Of a stretch of 64,000 nucleotides of DNA, positions 1 through 13,413 are shown piece after piece; the first letter of the stretch is position 1; the number at the start of each line of letters is the position of its first letter. Position numbers and translations under genes: made by a program. The stretch lies in assembly GCF_032191835.1 (NCBI RefSeq), contig NC_083243.1:28396001-28460000 (forward strand), given 5' to 3'. Origin of the DNA: Heteronotia binoei (lineage: Eukaryota). The notes under the pieces were generated by a model, which saw nothing but the letters and a program-made list of their open reading frames with translations, was not told the DNA's origin and made no database searches.

Positions 1-235
1 AATCCCATGGGAGAAATACAAAGAAAGCATCTTTAAGACCAATGAGCGCTAACGTTTTATGTTTTAAGCTTTAAAAAAAAATATTTGTATTTGTCTGTAT
101 AAAATTTATATCTCTGCTACCTAATCTTAAATAGGTACATACATGCCCCACCCTCCACCCCCAACATGGCCCAGCCCCACAAGGTCTCATTTATGTCAGA
201 TCTGGCCCTCATAACAAATGAGTTTGACATCCCTG
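1..235 (+). mobile_element. 3' part of the same hAT MITE family
   Basis: Ends in GTTTGACATCCCTG; similar to 10700-10868 and 37206-37347. Confidence 0.8.
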
Positions 236-883
236 GCTTAGCCCATGAGTGTTCAACACCATGTTTTGGATCCAAAGATACTCTTTCATAAGCAGAAGGC
301 ATTTCTTGTGCAAGGGAATGAAGTTTCTACAAATTTTCTTCCCTACTATGTCTGGTTTTTTTCTGGAAAGTCCACTGAAGTTCAAGCGCAGCCTCCTGGG
401 GACTGGAAAAATTTCATATGAAGACATTGGGGTTGGAAAGACCTCATGTGCAAACAGAATTTAATGCACAGGGTTTTTTTGGATCCAGGATCATGTGCCT
501 ACATTGCAAGAATCATAAAGCCGACAGAGATTGGTTTGAGATCAGTCATTCCATTCTCCCTTTCGAAATTTGATTAAATCCAACATAATCAGAGAAAACA
601 GCAGTCAACAGGAGCCTGTATCCATAAAGAAGTCAACTAGTTATCTTAATCCATTCAAAGAATAAGGACATAAGGAGTCCCTATTGAATTGGACAAGTGG
701 TACATCTAGTCCTGTGTACTATTCCACACAGCAACCAATCACTTGTGCTGGTGGGCCAAATGAACAGAGCACAGAGGCCAAGGCCTTTCCTCACTGCTGC
801 CTTCCAGAGATGGTATTCAGAGGTCTGCTGCCTCACCACACATCAGCCACTTTACAGATACTATAAATTTAACGTGTGCAAAC

Positions 884-1016
884 CTATCGACGCCAGCCCT
901 TCGGGTCTGCTCGAGAGCCTTATGATATCTCGGTCTCCCCTTAAGAGAAAAATCTCGTTTTCCGTACAAGACACAGACACAATATCACCAGACCCTTCCA
1001 AGCTGCCAATCAGAGC
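884..1016 (-). CDS. TECPR2: TECPR2 exon 7 (ALIGSLEGSGDIVSVSCTENEIFLLRGDRDIIRLSSRPEGLASI); gene continues beyond the left edge
   Basis: Hand translation; CAG acceptor, G|GTTTG donor, 133 nt phase 0-1. Confidence 0.95.
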
Positions 1017-2588
1017 CTGTGAAAAAGCAAGGAGAGAAGAAGAGAAGCTCTGAATGTGCTGAGAATCACTCTAGAAGGCAGACAACACTTGAGAGTTTGT
1101 ATTGTACTCTTGGCTAGGAACGTGATTCAATTAGAACAAAGAGCACCATTGAAAGGAAAGGGGGATTTGGGGTGAGGGGGATTCTCATTAAGCTTGGCAA
1201 AGAGCATGGGACAGAAATGGGTTATACATGTTTTATAAGTTTAACTCTGTGGTGGCATATCCAGCATCAGTAGGCCAGGAAGCATCATCTCCAATTACAT
1301 TAGTCGATGCTTTCAACGCTCAAAGCTGGCTGCCAAGAGCCTTCAGAAGTCTGTTAAGATGAAGGAAGGAAGGAAGGGGAAAATATATAGCTGTGTTGAT
1401 GCCTGATCATTAATCTGGAAACAGTCTACTGACACAGCCTTACAGCTTTGTGTCATGAACAGGGCACCAACCCTAAATCAGACTTTTCCCTGCAGCCACT
1501 GTGGCCGGACCTGCCTGTCTCGCATTGGTCTTGTCAGCCACCAGCGAGCCTGCAGCAGACGTGGACTATTGCACCCTTCTTAAATCTTCGTTCGCGAAGC
1601 CAAGCCGAGAGAGAGAGAGAGTCCTTTACTCTTAACCACTATGAAACACTAGCTCTCTACAAACTAGCTAGAAGAGAATTTTTTAAAATAAAAATTGATT
1701 GATGAGGACAGTATACTCCAGGAGGTACAGAATGTTGAAACCAGGTAAGAAAGGGGGGGGCGGGGGGGGGGGGAAACCAGCCTGCTCAGATTGCTGAGAG
1801 TATATAAAATTCTGGAGGGGGTGATGTCTAAATTGCTTCCCCCTCATGCAATTCCTTCCAGCCACTTCCCTGTCCCTAGATTGTTGCTACAGCTAACAGC
1901 AAAGCAAGTGGTTTGTGCCAGTCACAGAATCAGCAAAAACTTAACAGACAGGTTGAAGGTTTCTGCATACAAACTATGATTCTGCAGATTTACAAAGAGG
2001 TAAAGACTGCCTTCCTGACCCGGATAGCCCAGGCCTGCCTGACCTCATCAGATCTTGGAAGCTAAGCAGAGTCAGTCCAGGGTCCAGTCCAGGCTATGGG
2101 AGACCACCAAGTCCAGTCCAGGCTATGGGAGACCATCAAGTCAGTCCAGGGTCCTGATGGGGAGGGAGGCAGGCAGGCAAGGGCAAACCATCACTGAATG
2201 TCTGCTGCCTTGGTATCCCCACAGGGTCACCATAAACCAGCTGGGATTTGATGGCACTTTCCACCAAAGACAGTATGTGCACACACAGAAACAAAACTTC
2301 CAACTTGACGAGGACTGAGCAAACTTGGTGAGGACTGAACAGGCTTCCCTGGGAAGTGGCGGGCTCTCCTTCCTTGGAGGTTTTTAAGCAGAGGCTAGGT
2401 ATTGAATTGTATAATTGTTTTATTGTTCAACATGGCTTCTGCCATACCTCGTAAGCCACCCTGAGCCTGCCTCGGCGGGGAGGGCAGGGTATAAATAAAA
2501 TTTTATTATTATTATATTATTAGGTGGCCATCTGATTCTGTGAATTAGGCAGATCATGAGAAGGAGGCCAGGAAGGGGGTTTGCTCAC

Positions 2589-2901
2589 CTGGTTTACCGT
2601 GTCTAATAAATAGATGCTATATTCATTCCAGCTCAGCACCCACCCTTCCTGGAAAAAGCAGGAAATGAGGCCGAGTTGCCGCTCAGGGAAATTGTAACTT
2701 CCCTTGTCAGTGCGTTCCATCCGGGGGTATAATTCGAAAGATTTCATTCCAGCAGCGAACACGTCTTTCAAAATATAAGTGGCCTGTACAGTCCCACGGA
2801 CATCCGATTTCCAAAGGCGAATCCCAGGCCTTGCAGCAAACAGTGTCAGGTCGCTTTGCTTACACAGCCCAGGGATAAAACATGCTCCAATTTTTCCAGT
2901 G
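2589..2901 (-). CDS. TECPR2: TECPR2 exon 6 (TGKIGACFIPGLCKQSDLTLFAARPGIRLWKSDV...EYSIYLLDTVNQ)
   Basis: 313 nt phase 2-0, CAG acceptor, CAG|GTGAG donor; lies in ORF 2520-2993. Confidence 0.97.
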
Positions 2902-3159
2902 CTGAAATTGAAAAGCAAAAAGTATTGGCAAATCACATCATGACACCAGGGGGTGGGGTGGGGAGAAGAAAAGAGACCACCGACTTCAACCACTTCAGTG
3001 TCTTAGCGAGGCTCCAGAGAGGCAGCATATAAATTTTCTAAACAACATAAATTTGAAATGCTGAAGAAAATAAGGAGCCTTATGCTACTAATAAACAACC
3101 ACTGCATATTTGAAATTAATGACCTGAAATACAGAGCAGGAAAAAGATAAACCAGAATT

Positions 3160-3564
3160 CAGAGGAGAGTAAAAAGGAGGATCAGGGGCCAGGAGACCAA
3201 GCCCTATGAGGAAAGGTTGAGGGACTTGGGAATGTTCAGTCTGGAGAAGAAGAGGCTAAGGGGGTATGTGAAGGCTGTCACTTAGAGGAGGGCAGGGAGA
3301 TGTTCCTGATGGCAGCTGAAGAGAAGGCTTGTAATAATGGGTCTAAATTAAGGGCGGAAAGGTACCGGCTGGATATTAGCAAAACTCTTTTTACAGTAAA
3401 GAGTTGTTCAACAGTGGAATAAGCTACCTAGGGAGGTGGTGAGCACCCCCTCACTGGCAATCTTTAAGCAAACACTTGTCAGGGATGCTCTAGATTGATC
3501 CTCCATTGACCAAGGGGTTGGACTAAATGGCCTGTATGGCCCCTTCCAACTCTGTGATTCTATG
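3160..3564 (+). mobile_element. CR1 LINE 3' end (similar fragments at about 18970-19190, 46640-46705, 49040-49115, 58120-58250)
   Basis: Typical CR1 3' end GGTTGGACTA...CCCTTCCAACTCT...GATTCTATG. Confidence 0.85.
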
Positions 3565-3689
3565 TGCCATCTTCCTTGCAAACTCCAGCTCTCTGCCAGC
3601 TCTTTTCCTGTTACAGCCCCTAGAAATTTATTTATGAAGGTCCCAAAGACTCTGGAGCATTTTAGGGCCCAGCACAGGGAGAGAGCCCT

Positions 3690-3860
3690 GACCTGGATGG
3701 CCCAGACTAGCCCGATCTCATCAGACCTTGGAAGTTAAGCAGGGTTGGCCCTGGTTAGCCTTTGGAGGGAAGACCACCAAGGAAGTTCAGGATTGCTCTG
3801 CAGACGTCACCTCTGGACGTCTCTGGCCTTGAAAATCCTAGGTGGTTGCCTATGATTTTA
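3690..3860 (+). mobile_element. 5S-rRNA-derived SINE (also about 2025-2150, 15700-15840(-), 20720-20920, 31060-31280(-), 57290-57385(-))
   Basis: GCCCGATCTCATCAGACCTTGGAAGTTAAGCAGGG resembles the 5S internal control region; the copies are diverged and dispersed. Confidence 0.75.
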
Positions 3861-4699
3861 CAGCACTTTCCACCACCACAGGGAGAGGCAGCCAGAGAAA
3901 TCAATCAACACTCACATAGGGTTGACAGATCCCCCACGTGTTCCGGTGTTTTCACGTGCACGGTGCAATGACATAACTCACAAGTGATGTCATTGTGCCA
4001 GTGACGTTGCACACCTGCCACTCTAGGAGCTTCCAGGAAAACTCTATGGTTTTCCTGGACACTCTAGCAATTTGGGAGGGAAAACTCTATGGTACCATAC
4101 GGCCCGGGAACTTGGCAGCCGTACACTCACATGTGTGCACACAGAAGTGATTTTTATTTATATATGGGGTTCTCTGAATCCTGATCAAGTGTCGCCACTC
4201 TTCCACAAAAGAGGGATGGATAACTATTTTCAACAGTGAAAATGTAAGGAAATGCCAAAAGCAAACAATGAATTTGCAAATTTGGCAGAAATTTATTCTG
4301 CTTCTGATTTTTTTGCTCTGCAAACAAATATAGTGGGCTTTATTGGCAAACAACACAGAGAGGAAAGTATATAAATGGACATGGAAGTTTGAATTAGGGA
4401 TCATGGGATAACAGCCAAGAAGAAGGGTTAAGAGAGCAGCATGGGATATTAATGCCCTGCTCTTCACAAGCAGAACTTGGGAGAATTTCAGATAAGCACA
4501 GTTATCTCTCACCAGAATAATTAAAGTAACAAAACCATCATACTTCAGATTATCTACTTAACAGCTTCAGAGAAAGTTTGTTGAACAAAAAAAAAATTTA
4601 TGCAAAGAACTACATTGAATTACATTCATTACCCAAACCGCATCTCTACAAATCTGAAACTAAATGGTATTTGTTTGCATCAGAGTTTAATGGAGTTAC

Positions 4700-4857
4700 T
4701 TTTTCCTGGGCTGGGTTCCAACTTGCTTGACTGATTTTTCTTCAGTGTAAAACAGTAGACTTCGCTGTAGAGTGGAGACCAGCAACACTTTCTGACTGTA
4801 ATCTAGCTGCACAATTGAAGACGGCTCTTCCAAGACCAAACTGGAATTGCAACGACC
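4700..4857 (-). CDS. TECPR2: TECPR2 exon 5 (GRCNSSLVLEEPSSIVQLDYSQKVLLVSTLQRSLLFYTEEKSVKQVGTQPRK), not in the supplied ORF track
   Basis: Hand translation of the minus strand; CAG acceptor, AA|GTAAC donor, 158 nt phase 0-2. Confidence 0.96.
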
Positions 4858-5580
4858 CTGGAGAGACATAAATAGGGACGCAGAACACCATCATTTCCCA
4901 AGTAAAGGATTTGACTGTGCTCTTAACTGTGCTGCATCAGGTTAAAGAAGATTTAACCAGAAGTCATTGACCCCGCTGGAGTTTAATTCATGCTGGAACA
5001 TTTATGCAGAAGGAACAAGTGTGTTCTTTTTCTGATACTTGACATCTCCTTGAACAAGTCTGAAGACAGGCAAGGTCCAACAATCCTACAGCTGAGCACA
5101 GACTGTGAATCTAGTGATGATCCAACATGAATTGAGATACGAGTAAATAAACACTTTGAGGAAAACTAAGACTCACAAAAGCTTATGCTGGAATAAATGT
5201 TGTTAAGTCTTTTGAGGGTCACTGGACTCCTACTTTGGGGGAAATGCAGCAATTTCAGCAGACCCATTGCAAACTATATTCTGGTAAAGTGAACAAAGCC
5301 AGTAGGGAAAAAGACCTATGGATCCCTGAAAGAGGATCCATAGAGCAGAAGACACTCACCAAGCCTTCTTTAATGCAGTTGTAGTATCTTCTTAAAAGCC
5401 TCTTCTAATGACCACAGTATTTATAATCAACAATCCGGCAGAGAAATTCAGGAGAGCTAACCAGAGTCGCTGTGTTGGAAGTCACTGTGCTGGATGCAGC
5501 CATTGCTCAATCCCCAAAGGAATGAAGAGGGGCCATGCTATATTAACCTCCACTGTCTCTGAGAAGTAAGCAGCCCTTCT

Positions 5581-5856
5581 AGAGCCAGTTTGGTTAAATG
5601 CGCGGACTCTTATCTGGGAGAACCAGGTTTGATTCCCCACTCCTCCACTTGCACCTGCTGGAATGGCCCTGGGTCAGCCATAGCTTTTGTGGGAGTTGTC
5701 CTTGAAAGGGCAGTTGACGTAAGAGCTCTCTGAGCCCCACCTATCTCACAGGGTGTGTGTTGTGGGGGAGGGGGGGAGGTAAAGGAGATTGCGACCGCTC
5801 TGAGACTCTGAGATTCAGAGTATAAGATGGGATATCAATCCAATATCATCTTCTTC
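5581..5856 (+). mobile_element. tRNA-derived squamate SINE (Squam3-like); other copies at 7140-7412(-), 14471-14750(+), 16437-16645(-), 25028-25300(+), 33023-33102(-, partial), 43311-43578(-)
   Basis: GAGCCAGTTTGGTGTAGTGGTTAAG head with a B-box-like GGTTTGATTCCCC and a simple-repeat tail; about 270 bp, many dispersed copies. Confidence 0.85.
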
Positions 5857-7785
5857 TAAAGAAAGGAGCAAGGATTCATTCAGAATCCTTGATACAATCT
5901 GAACTATAGAAGACAGGCACAATGCAAAAAAAAAAAAAAAAAGCCAACAAGACAGTCACTGCCAGGAAAACACCAGGCAAAGGGAAGCATGAGATGCCAT
6001 AGAAAGCCACATGGTACAGGGTATCCCACAGTTTTGGGGTGGGGAAGGAATGCTGCTGGGTTGGGAGACGATTGACCCAACACTCAAAAAGACATGCATG
6101 CATTTTTTTCAGTTGTGCGACAGCTGTTTTAAAACTTCCCAGGAAAGAGAATGAAATAAAGCATTTAAAAACCAACAAATGCAACAGGGAAATAAAGAAA
6201 GGAAATAAAGGTGCAAATGTATCCTTAACCAAGTAACAATGGACATGAAAACTATCTCAAACTGGTTCCACCCTTCTGCAGTGAAATCATACAGGACTAA
6301 TCCAAGCCTGGCTGAAGCAGCAATAACGCCAAAATAAATGAAAAACTGAATTATTTTCAACTGCCCAAGAATGCACCATATTGCAAACTGTAGATTATTT
6401 CAGGAAAGGGGTTCAAACCATTAAGAAATTATTCAGACTAGCCTGACAGAGAAGCTTTGCCATCACCAAATATACCAGTCAGTGCCAGCCCGCTAACTTT
6501 TATAGCAAGATCTGCTATTTTTGAATGTCTTGTTATTACTAGCATCACAAAGTCTTTATGAATGGAACACTGTGCCTTTGTATCAACCACACTAAGCTGC
6601 CATAACTCCAAGTCCTCAGGAAACTGGGCTCCAACAATCCTACTAACTTTAATTAAAGCATTCTCTCCCCTCTCCCAATTTGTGGTGTTAGGTAACTCCA
6701 CAGCATATTTTTTTATTGTCCAACTTCTAACCTACTATATGCTTCTAACCAGCAGGCACCAGCTAAAAAATCATGACATTCAATCAACAAAAACTATCTT
6801 TAGTAAGAACCGCATAAAGAACAATTGCAAATCCATTAATAGCAGCAAGCTCCAATAAAATATCCCTTAAATTGGGAATCCAAATTTCTTTCTTCCACAT
6901 CTGCCAAAATAACAGTCTTTACCAGTCTCCCAACTCAAAACACAGCAGGTCTGCTTATTCTCTGTAGGGAAGGGCTCCATAATGAGGGTGTCACCACAGA
7001 TGAAGCTCTGCCACTGGCATAAGACAGCCTAATTAAACAATGCCAGCACACATAGGAAACACCAGTCTGGTGATGTAAGCAAACAATGTGATCTCTACAG
7101 GATGAAGCACACATAGATACAGGACAGGCTGTCTTCTCAGAATGATGATGATATTGGATTTATATCCCACCCTGTACTCTGAATCTCAGAGCGGTCACAA
7201 TCTCCTTTACCTCTCTTCCTCCAACAGACACCCTGTGAGGTAGGTGAGGCTAAGAGAGCTCCCACAGAAGCTGCCTTTTCAAGGACAACTCCTACGAGAG
7301 CTATGGCTGACCCAAGGCCATCCCAGCAGGTGCAAGTGGAAGAGTGGGAAATCAAACCCAGTTCTCCCAGATAAGAGTTCGCACACTTCACCACTACACC
7401 AAACTGGCTCTCTAGCACTATCTAGTTATTGTTCCTGGAATATAACACATTTTATTTACTTAAAACATTTTTATACCACCTTTCCACTGAATCAGGGTCC
7501 ATAAAACATACTAAAACAATTAAAATATGGGAAAAAATATAAAATAATTCTATTAAAAACACATAAGTGACAGCAGAAAGTGGGCAACTAACTGTTATTG
7601 TACAGGCCAGACAAAACAAAAAGATGAGATGCTGACAGGCATCTCAGGCTATCCTACCTCACAGGGCTGAAATGGAGGAGAGGAGAACTACATATTGCTC
7701 ATAAGGCTAGCCTTCTTTGTCTCTTATACGACATCCAATTTTGATTCAGAAAATACCTGCCCCCTCATCTGGAGCAACTCCTTAC

Positions 7786-7917
7786 CTGATCAAAATCCAA
7801 AGAAGAGTAGACAATTTTCCCTTTGTCATCTCCAGAGAATAATTTCATTCCGTTGGGACTCCACGCCAAAGCTGTGATGCTACTTTTGTGGATTCCAGAC
7901 ACATCAAATCTTCGAAG
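7786..7917 (-). CDS. TECPR2: TECPR2 exon 4 (LRRFDVSGIHKSSITALAWSPNGMKLFSGDDKGKIVYSSLDFDQ)
   Basis: Poly-T + CAG acceptor, CAG|GTAAG donor, 132 nt phase 0-0. Confidence 0.97.
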
Positions 7918-8267
7918 CTGCAAAAAAAAAAAAAGACTCCCAAGTGAACATACCAAAGAAACTGAGTAAGGGGCAGGAAGCAGGCAGAAAGCCTATTCTA
8001 CAGTCCAATTAACATATCGGTGCTTTTCTGTGTTTAAGCAAGCTATTTCATTTTAACATGTATCAGGAATTTCACAGAAGCATGATTCCAGAAAAGATGG
8101 CCTGTGTATTTTAGGGATTTCAAAAAAGCCTGACTTGTACTATGAAGCTACAACCTACTTGCTAGATACTGCATTAAGTATATGTTCTTAACTTGACTGC
8201 CAAGAAACTGCACAATTAATCAGAGGCTGTCTTGAACACCACAATTTTTAATCAGTATGGGTCTTAC

Positions 8268-8396
8268 TTGTTTGTTTCTCCCAGGCAACGAAGAAACCAG
8301 CTGAAAAACGGCAATCTTGCCTGAAGCGGTTCCAATCGCAACAAGATCATCAAAGCAGCTCAAGAGTTTCACAACGGTGATAGACTCGCTTCTCCC
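8268..8396 (-). CDS. TECPR2: TECPR2 exon 3 (GRSESITVVKLLSCFDDLVAIGTASGKIAVFQLVSSLPGRNKQ)
   Basis: CAG acceptor, CAA|GTAAG donor, 129 nt phase 0-0; WD40 region of TECPR2. Confidence 0.97.
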
Positions 8397-10310
8397 CTGA
8401 TCAAATAAGAGCAAAAAGGTAAGTATGAAATTAAGGCAGCAAGTTTCCAGACGCAAGCCTAATGCACCAGTTTTATTTGTGCAGGCTGGAACTGGGAAGC
8501 CCGAAGAAGCACTTCCTCTGTACAAATCATCCCTGATCCTCACCCCACCCCCAAACTTGAAATTCACCAAGACATTGCTTCAGAGTCTATGCTCAGTTAT
8601 GTAAGAACACCAGTGGTGTAGGGTCTTGTATGGCGCAAACTCCCGGTTGCCATGAAACTTACTTGGTTCTTACATTTGCTCTTGGGCTATCCTACTTCAC
8701 AGGGTTGTGGGGGCAAAATGAAGGAGAGGAGAACTACACATGCTGCCCTGAGCTATTTACAGGAAGTGGGGCGGAATGTACTAAATAAATTAATAGCATG
8801 GAGCAGAACCTCCTCTATTGTGCTCCCTCCAACTTTCAGCCAACAAGTCTATGTATGCATGTATGTGAATGGAAGATGGAACCTGACCTGTTCTGATTTA
8901 TGAGAGTACAGGGAGAGGAACTGTTGGAAAACAGCTTGTCAGCTGCACATCTCACCTGTCTGTCTGTCTCTTTCCTGTCCTACATGTATAAAGCCTAAAT
9001 GGGGCCAGAGGCACAAGCCATGAAATTGCTTTATACTAAATCGGACCCTTGGTCCATCAATGTCAGTACTTTCTACTCAGACTGGCAGCAGTTCTCCAGG
9101 ATCTCAGGCAGAGGTCTTTCCCATCATCTATTGCCTGGTTCTTTCCACTGGAGATGCTGGGGATTGAACCTAGGACGTTCTGTATGCCAAGCAGATGCTC
9201 TGCCACTTAGCCACATCCGCTTCCCTTTTAGCAAAAGGTTAGTCTATGGCTCACAGCCAGCGACTGCTGAGTGAACCGGTCAGTGGACTTAAAACTTGCA
9301 CAAGATTTGGCTTTGTGCTTTTAAAAACCCTGGGGTTTTTGCTTAATTAAATTATTTAAATTGGATGGGTTTTTTGTAAGTCACTTTAAAACAGAGCACT
9401 AAAATACCAAAATAAATAAATACATTGTTGGACCTCTGGATCTGTTTTGCTAATGAAAGCACTTTTAATTTGATATGTTTACATATTGGTCTCAGGCAGT
9501 GTTCCCTTTAAGCTGAGTTAGTGTGAACTAGGTAATGATTTTTTGGCTACCAGCTCACACTTTTTTCTTAGCTCAGGAAGGATAGCCCCAGAGCAAACGA
9601 ATTTATGCAGCAGCTCGCAACTTTAATGCCAGTAGTTCACAAAGCAGAATTTTTGCTCACAAGACTCCACAGCTCAGAGTATTGTTTATTATTGTTCTTC
9701 ATTTATACCCCATTTTCTCCCACAGCAGCTCCTCTCCTCCATTTTATCCTCACAACAACCCTGTAAGGTGCTTAGGCTAAGAATCACCCAACAAACTTCC
9801 ACTGCAGATTCAAACATGGGTCCTCCCAGATCCTAGTGTGACATTCCAACCACTATATGATGCTAGTATAATGGCACATGATACAGCAAGCAACCATGGT
9901 GGTTAATAAAGTATGCTCCCAGTCATTGCCTGAATCTCAGATCTCTCCTGGGAACATATATGCGACATTTAGAGCTCTATAATGGGAAAAAGGTAGAACA
10001 TAAATGAAATAAATCAATAAAACAAATTGTCAGTATCTTTCTGCCATCATGATCATGTTTGGCTGGTTTGGTAGGAAATATGTTTTCAAGTGATTAGATA
10101 AAAATGTCACAATAGTTGCATTCCAAAGTCTTGGTCTCTGGATCATTTAAATAAAGCACCAGCTGTTAAAGATAATAAAAAGTAGATGCAGCTTAAAACC
10201 AACCAACAAAATCTGCTGAATAGAATAATAGCATTGTAGACAATTAGGTAGAGAGTGAAACTGAACTTAGTGTAAGTGATGACAAGATCAACTTACAAAA
10301 AGTTCTAGAG

Positions 10311-10868
10311 CAGAAGTGTCAAACATGTGGCCCAGGAGCCAAATCAGGCCCCTGGAGGACTCCTATCAGACCCCCGAGAAACTGGCTGTTATCTACTTCC
10401 TTCTCCCTTTCTCTCAGGGGTTGTACAAGATGACCCTGGGGGTCCCTTCCAACTCTATGATTTTATGATTCTTGCTTCCTTCTGCATCACAGCTTGCTTT
10501 GCCAGGCTCTCTTAATTGCACAGCAGAGCTACTGAGTCAAGCCTCTCTTCCTTTTATTGGCTGAGGCTCCTCCCCATCCTGGTCCCCTGGGAAAGGAAGG
10601 AAAGAGCCAGAGCTTCCTTTGACCAGTTCCCTGGATCCCATGGGAGAGATACAACAAAACCACTTTTAAAACTAACAAGTGATAATGTTTTAATCATGTT
10701 TTATTTTGTTTTGTTTTTTAAAAAAAACACCTTTGTATTTTTCTGTGTCCTTTATAAAGTTTATATCTCTGCTACCTGACCTACATTTTATGACACACAT
10801 GGCCTGGCCCAACAAGGTCTCATTTATGTCAGATCCGGCCCTCATAACAAATAGGTACGACACTCCTG
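10311..10868 (+). mobile_element. hAT-type MITE with an 8-bp TSD and a short CR1 3' tail inside
   Basis: TIRs CAGAAGTGTCAAAC / GTACGACACTCCTG; perfect TSD TTCTAGAG at 10303-10310 and 10869-10876. Confidence 0.85.
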
Positions 10869-11130
10869 TTCTAGAGGGACAGAAGCATTAGTTTTTCACA
10901 GTGAAAACAAACAGGTATCTTAAACTTCAAAGACTTTGGGTTCCAGTCCAAACTTATGCTGGAATAAATTTTCTAAGGGGCTACATGATCTCTGCTTGAT
11001 TTTTCAAGTGACCTCCACATCTTTTGCTTGCAGACAGCTAAGAGATGTTAAAACTGAGGGCAGAAACCTCATGTATACTCTGGGGGAAAAGGAATCCATA
11101 CACTTTTAATCAACACATGTTCACTGTTAC

Positions 11131-11349
11131 CTCAAAATTGTATTTTTTCATCTGGTTTAGGTGCCTGCAGTACAGATACAGCATCCCGATACTGCTGCCC
11201 ACAGCAATGTAGTCCCCATTGGTGTCGAGAGCAGTGAGGTACACCACAATGGAACGGAATCCCTTCTGGATCTTCGTAGGAATGGCGTTCAGGAGGTAAT
11301 ACAAGGGGCAGAACTCCTTGAAAGTAAAGGATGGCGTCACCGATGCCAT
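11131..11349 (-). CDS. TECPR2: TECPR2 first coding exon (exon 2; whole exon 11131-11371), MASVTPSFTFKEFCPLYYLLNAIPTKIQKGFRS...YNFE
   Basis: Translation closely matches the TECPR2 N-terminus; ATG at 11349; AG acceptor at 11373-11372; GAG|GTAAC donor; 219 nt, phase 0. Confidence 0.97.
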
Positions 11350-11529
11350 GGTCAACAGCCGTACGTGTTACCTGTAAACTGGAAAACACACACATTATTT
11401 ATTCTCCACAACGGAGACAATTTTTTGTTAAGCATCACTATTAGAATTCAAATAATCAAGAGTAAATACAGGTAAAGACCAAAATATAATCCTAGTTGCT
11501 ATTATTTACTTCATTTATATCTTGCCCCT

Positions 11530-12155
11530 ATTATTATTATTTGTTTATTTATATTCCACCCATTCCCCCATTGGGAGCTCAGAGTGGAGTACAGCAAATA
11601 GAAATAAAATCACAATAAAACCATAATAAAACCAATTGCGACATTCATCAAAGTGCAGCAAGATGATTCAGCAAGATGACACGAAAGCAAGGTGGTATAG
11701 CACAAAATAGTACCACAATACAGCATCACAGTACAGTAGTGCAGTGGAGCAGCAGAGCAGTAGAGGGGAGGCCAACCGATCGATAAATAGATGCCCGCCG
11801 CCTCATCCAAAGACCTGGCGGAACAGCTCCATTTTGCAGGCCCTATGAAAGGCCAGCAAGCCAGGTAGGGCCCAGATCTCCATAGGGAGCTGATTCCACC
11901 AGGTCGGGGCCAGGACTGAGAAAGTCCTGGCCCTGGTAGAAGCAAGACGGGCATCTCTTGGGCTGGGGACTATCAGAAGATCTTGGAGGCCGAATGAAGC
12001 AACCTCTGGGGCATATATGGGAGGAGACGGTCCCGTAGGTATTTTGGTCCCAGGCCACGCAAGGCCTTAAAAGTCAAAACTAACACCTTGAAATGGATCC
12101 GGTACTCTATAGGCAGCCAGTGCAGGTTGCGGAGCGCCGGCTGTATGTTCACCCC
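11530..12155 (-). mobile_element. L2-type LINE 3' fragment
   Basis: LHWLPIEYRIHFKVLVLTFKAL.GLGP.YL motif plus an AT-rich tail. Confidence 0.85.
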
Positions 12156-12523
12156 ATTAAGACCCAATTAAGACCCAATGCAGCTTGTGTTGTTTTCCTC
12201 ATTTCCATTTTTTATCCCTGGATGAGTGAGCGTGTCTGTCTGACCCCAGATCACCTCGTAAGCTTTCACAGCAGAGCAGGGATTTCACTCTGCGTTTGCC
12301 AGATCCTATTCCAGCACTCTCACCTCTATACCACACTGGCTATCTCCTAATAAATAAGGGGGTTCGGATTTACGCTATCACTGAACGCGGATGAGGGGCG
12401 TGAGAAGAATGGTTGTAGTAACCTAGAAATGAAATGACGAGGCAATTCCTTTGTGATTTAAGGCAGACAAGACAGAACACTTTTCGGTTCTGGTTTTCCA
12501 TCATCTTCAATGAAATGTGGAAA

Positions 12524-12815
12524 AAGGAAAGGTCCCCTGTGCAAGCACCAGTCATTTCCGACTCTGGGGTGACGTTGCTTTCACAATGTTTTTACAGCAG
12601 ACTTTTAACAGGGTGGTTTGCCACTGCCTTCCCCAGTCATCTACCCTTTCCCCCCAGCAAGCTGGGTACTCATTTTACCGACCTCGGAAGGATGGAAGGC
12701 TGAGTCAACCTTGGGATGGCTACCTGAAGCAGCTTCTGCTGGGATAGAACTCAGGTCGTGAGCAGAGAGTTCAGACCACAGTACTGCTGCTTTACCACTC
12801 TGCGCCACGGGGCTG
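12524..12815 (-). mobile_element. Sauria-SINE-like element (partial second copy at about 53668-53808)
   Basis: Minus-strand head GCCCCGTGGCGCAGAGTGGTAAAG; 3' part GCTTGCACAGGGGACCTTT shared by both copies. Confidence 0.75.
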
Positions 12816-13059
12816 CTGCAATGAAATGTGAAGGGGAGCACAAATTGGACTTACATTTTTCCAATTTAAAATCATGACAGTTCTGGCATTTTTGCAGAAA
12901 AAATGATTTTGCCTTTCTTTCCCCCCAGGTGCGTAGCTGTGCTGGTCTGAGATGCAAAAGCAAGATCTGAGCAACAATATTTCCAGGGCACAGGTTTTCT
13001 AGAGTCAAAGCTCCATTTCCTGAGAGTAATGGAAGTACAAGTAAAGACCAAAATATGAA

Positions 13060-13413
13060 ATGGATAAAAGAAAGTACTTCTTCACCCAAAGAGTGATTAA
13101 CACATGGAATTCACTGCCACAGGAGGTGGTAGCAGCTACAAGCATAGATGGTTTCAAGAGGGCATTGGATAAACATATGGAGCAGAAGTCCATTGGTGGA
13201 TATTAGCCACAGGGTACAGATGGAGCTCTCTGTCTGGGGCAGTGATGCTGTGTATTCTCGGTGCTTGGGGAGGGGGCAACAGTGGGAGGGCTTCTAGTGT
13301 CCTGGCCCCACTAGTGGACCTTCTGATGGTACCTGGATTTTTGGCCACTGTGTGACAGTGTTGGACAGGATGGGTCATTGGCCTGATCCAACATGGCTTC
13401 TCTTATGTTCCTA
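13060..13413 (+). mobile_element. CR1-like 3' fragment, second subfamily (also about 21915-22320 and 61384-61682); the 21915 copy has a nested L2-like tail at about 22095-22155
   Basis: Shared AAGTACTTCTTCACCCAAAG...GGCCTGATCCAACATGGCT...CTTATGTTC across the copies. Confidence 0.8.

Noticed and set aside
2062-2152. Short tandem duplications GTCCAGTCCAGGCTATGGGAGACC
   Set aside because: Slippage inside a 5S-derived SINE; this is not a repeat-spacer array.
3705-3790. 5S rRNA-like sequence
   Set aside because: Diverged, partial and dispersed with a common non-5S tail; a 5S-derived SINE, not an rRNA gene.
11353-11355. ORF-track start MTMAS for TECPR2
   Set aside because: The first codon is TTG; the real ATG is at 11349.
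12350-12440. CpG-rich patch sharing GAATGGTTGTA with about 47800
   Set aside because: An 11-bp match is compatible with chance in 64 kb, and the flanks do not align.
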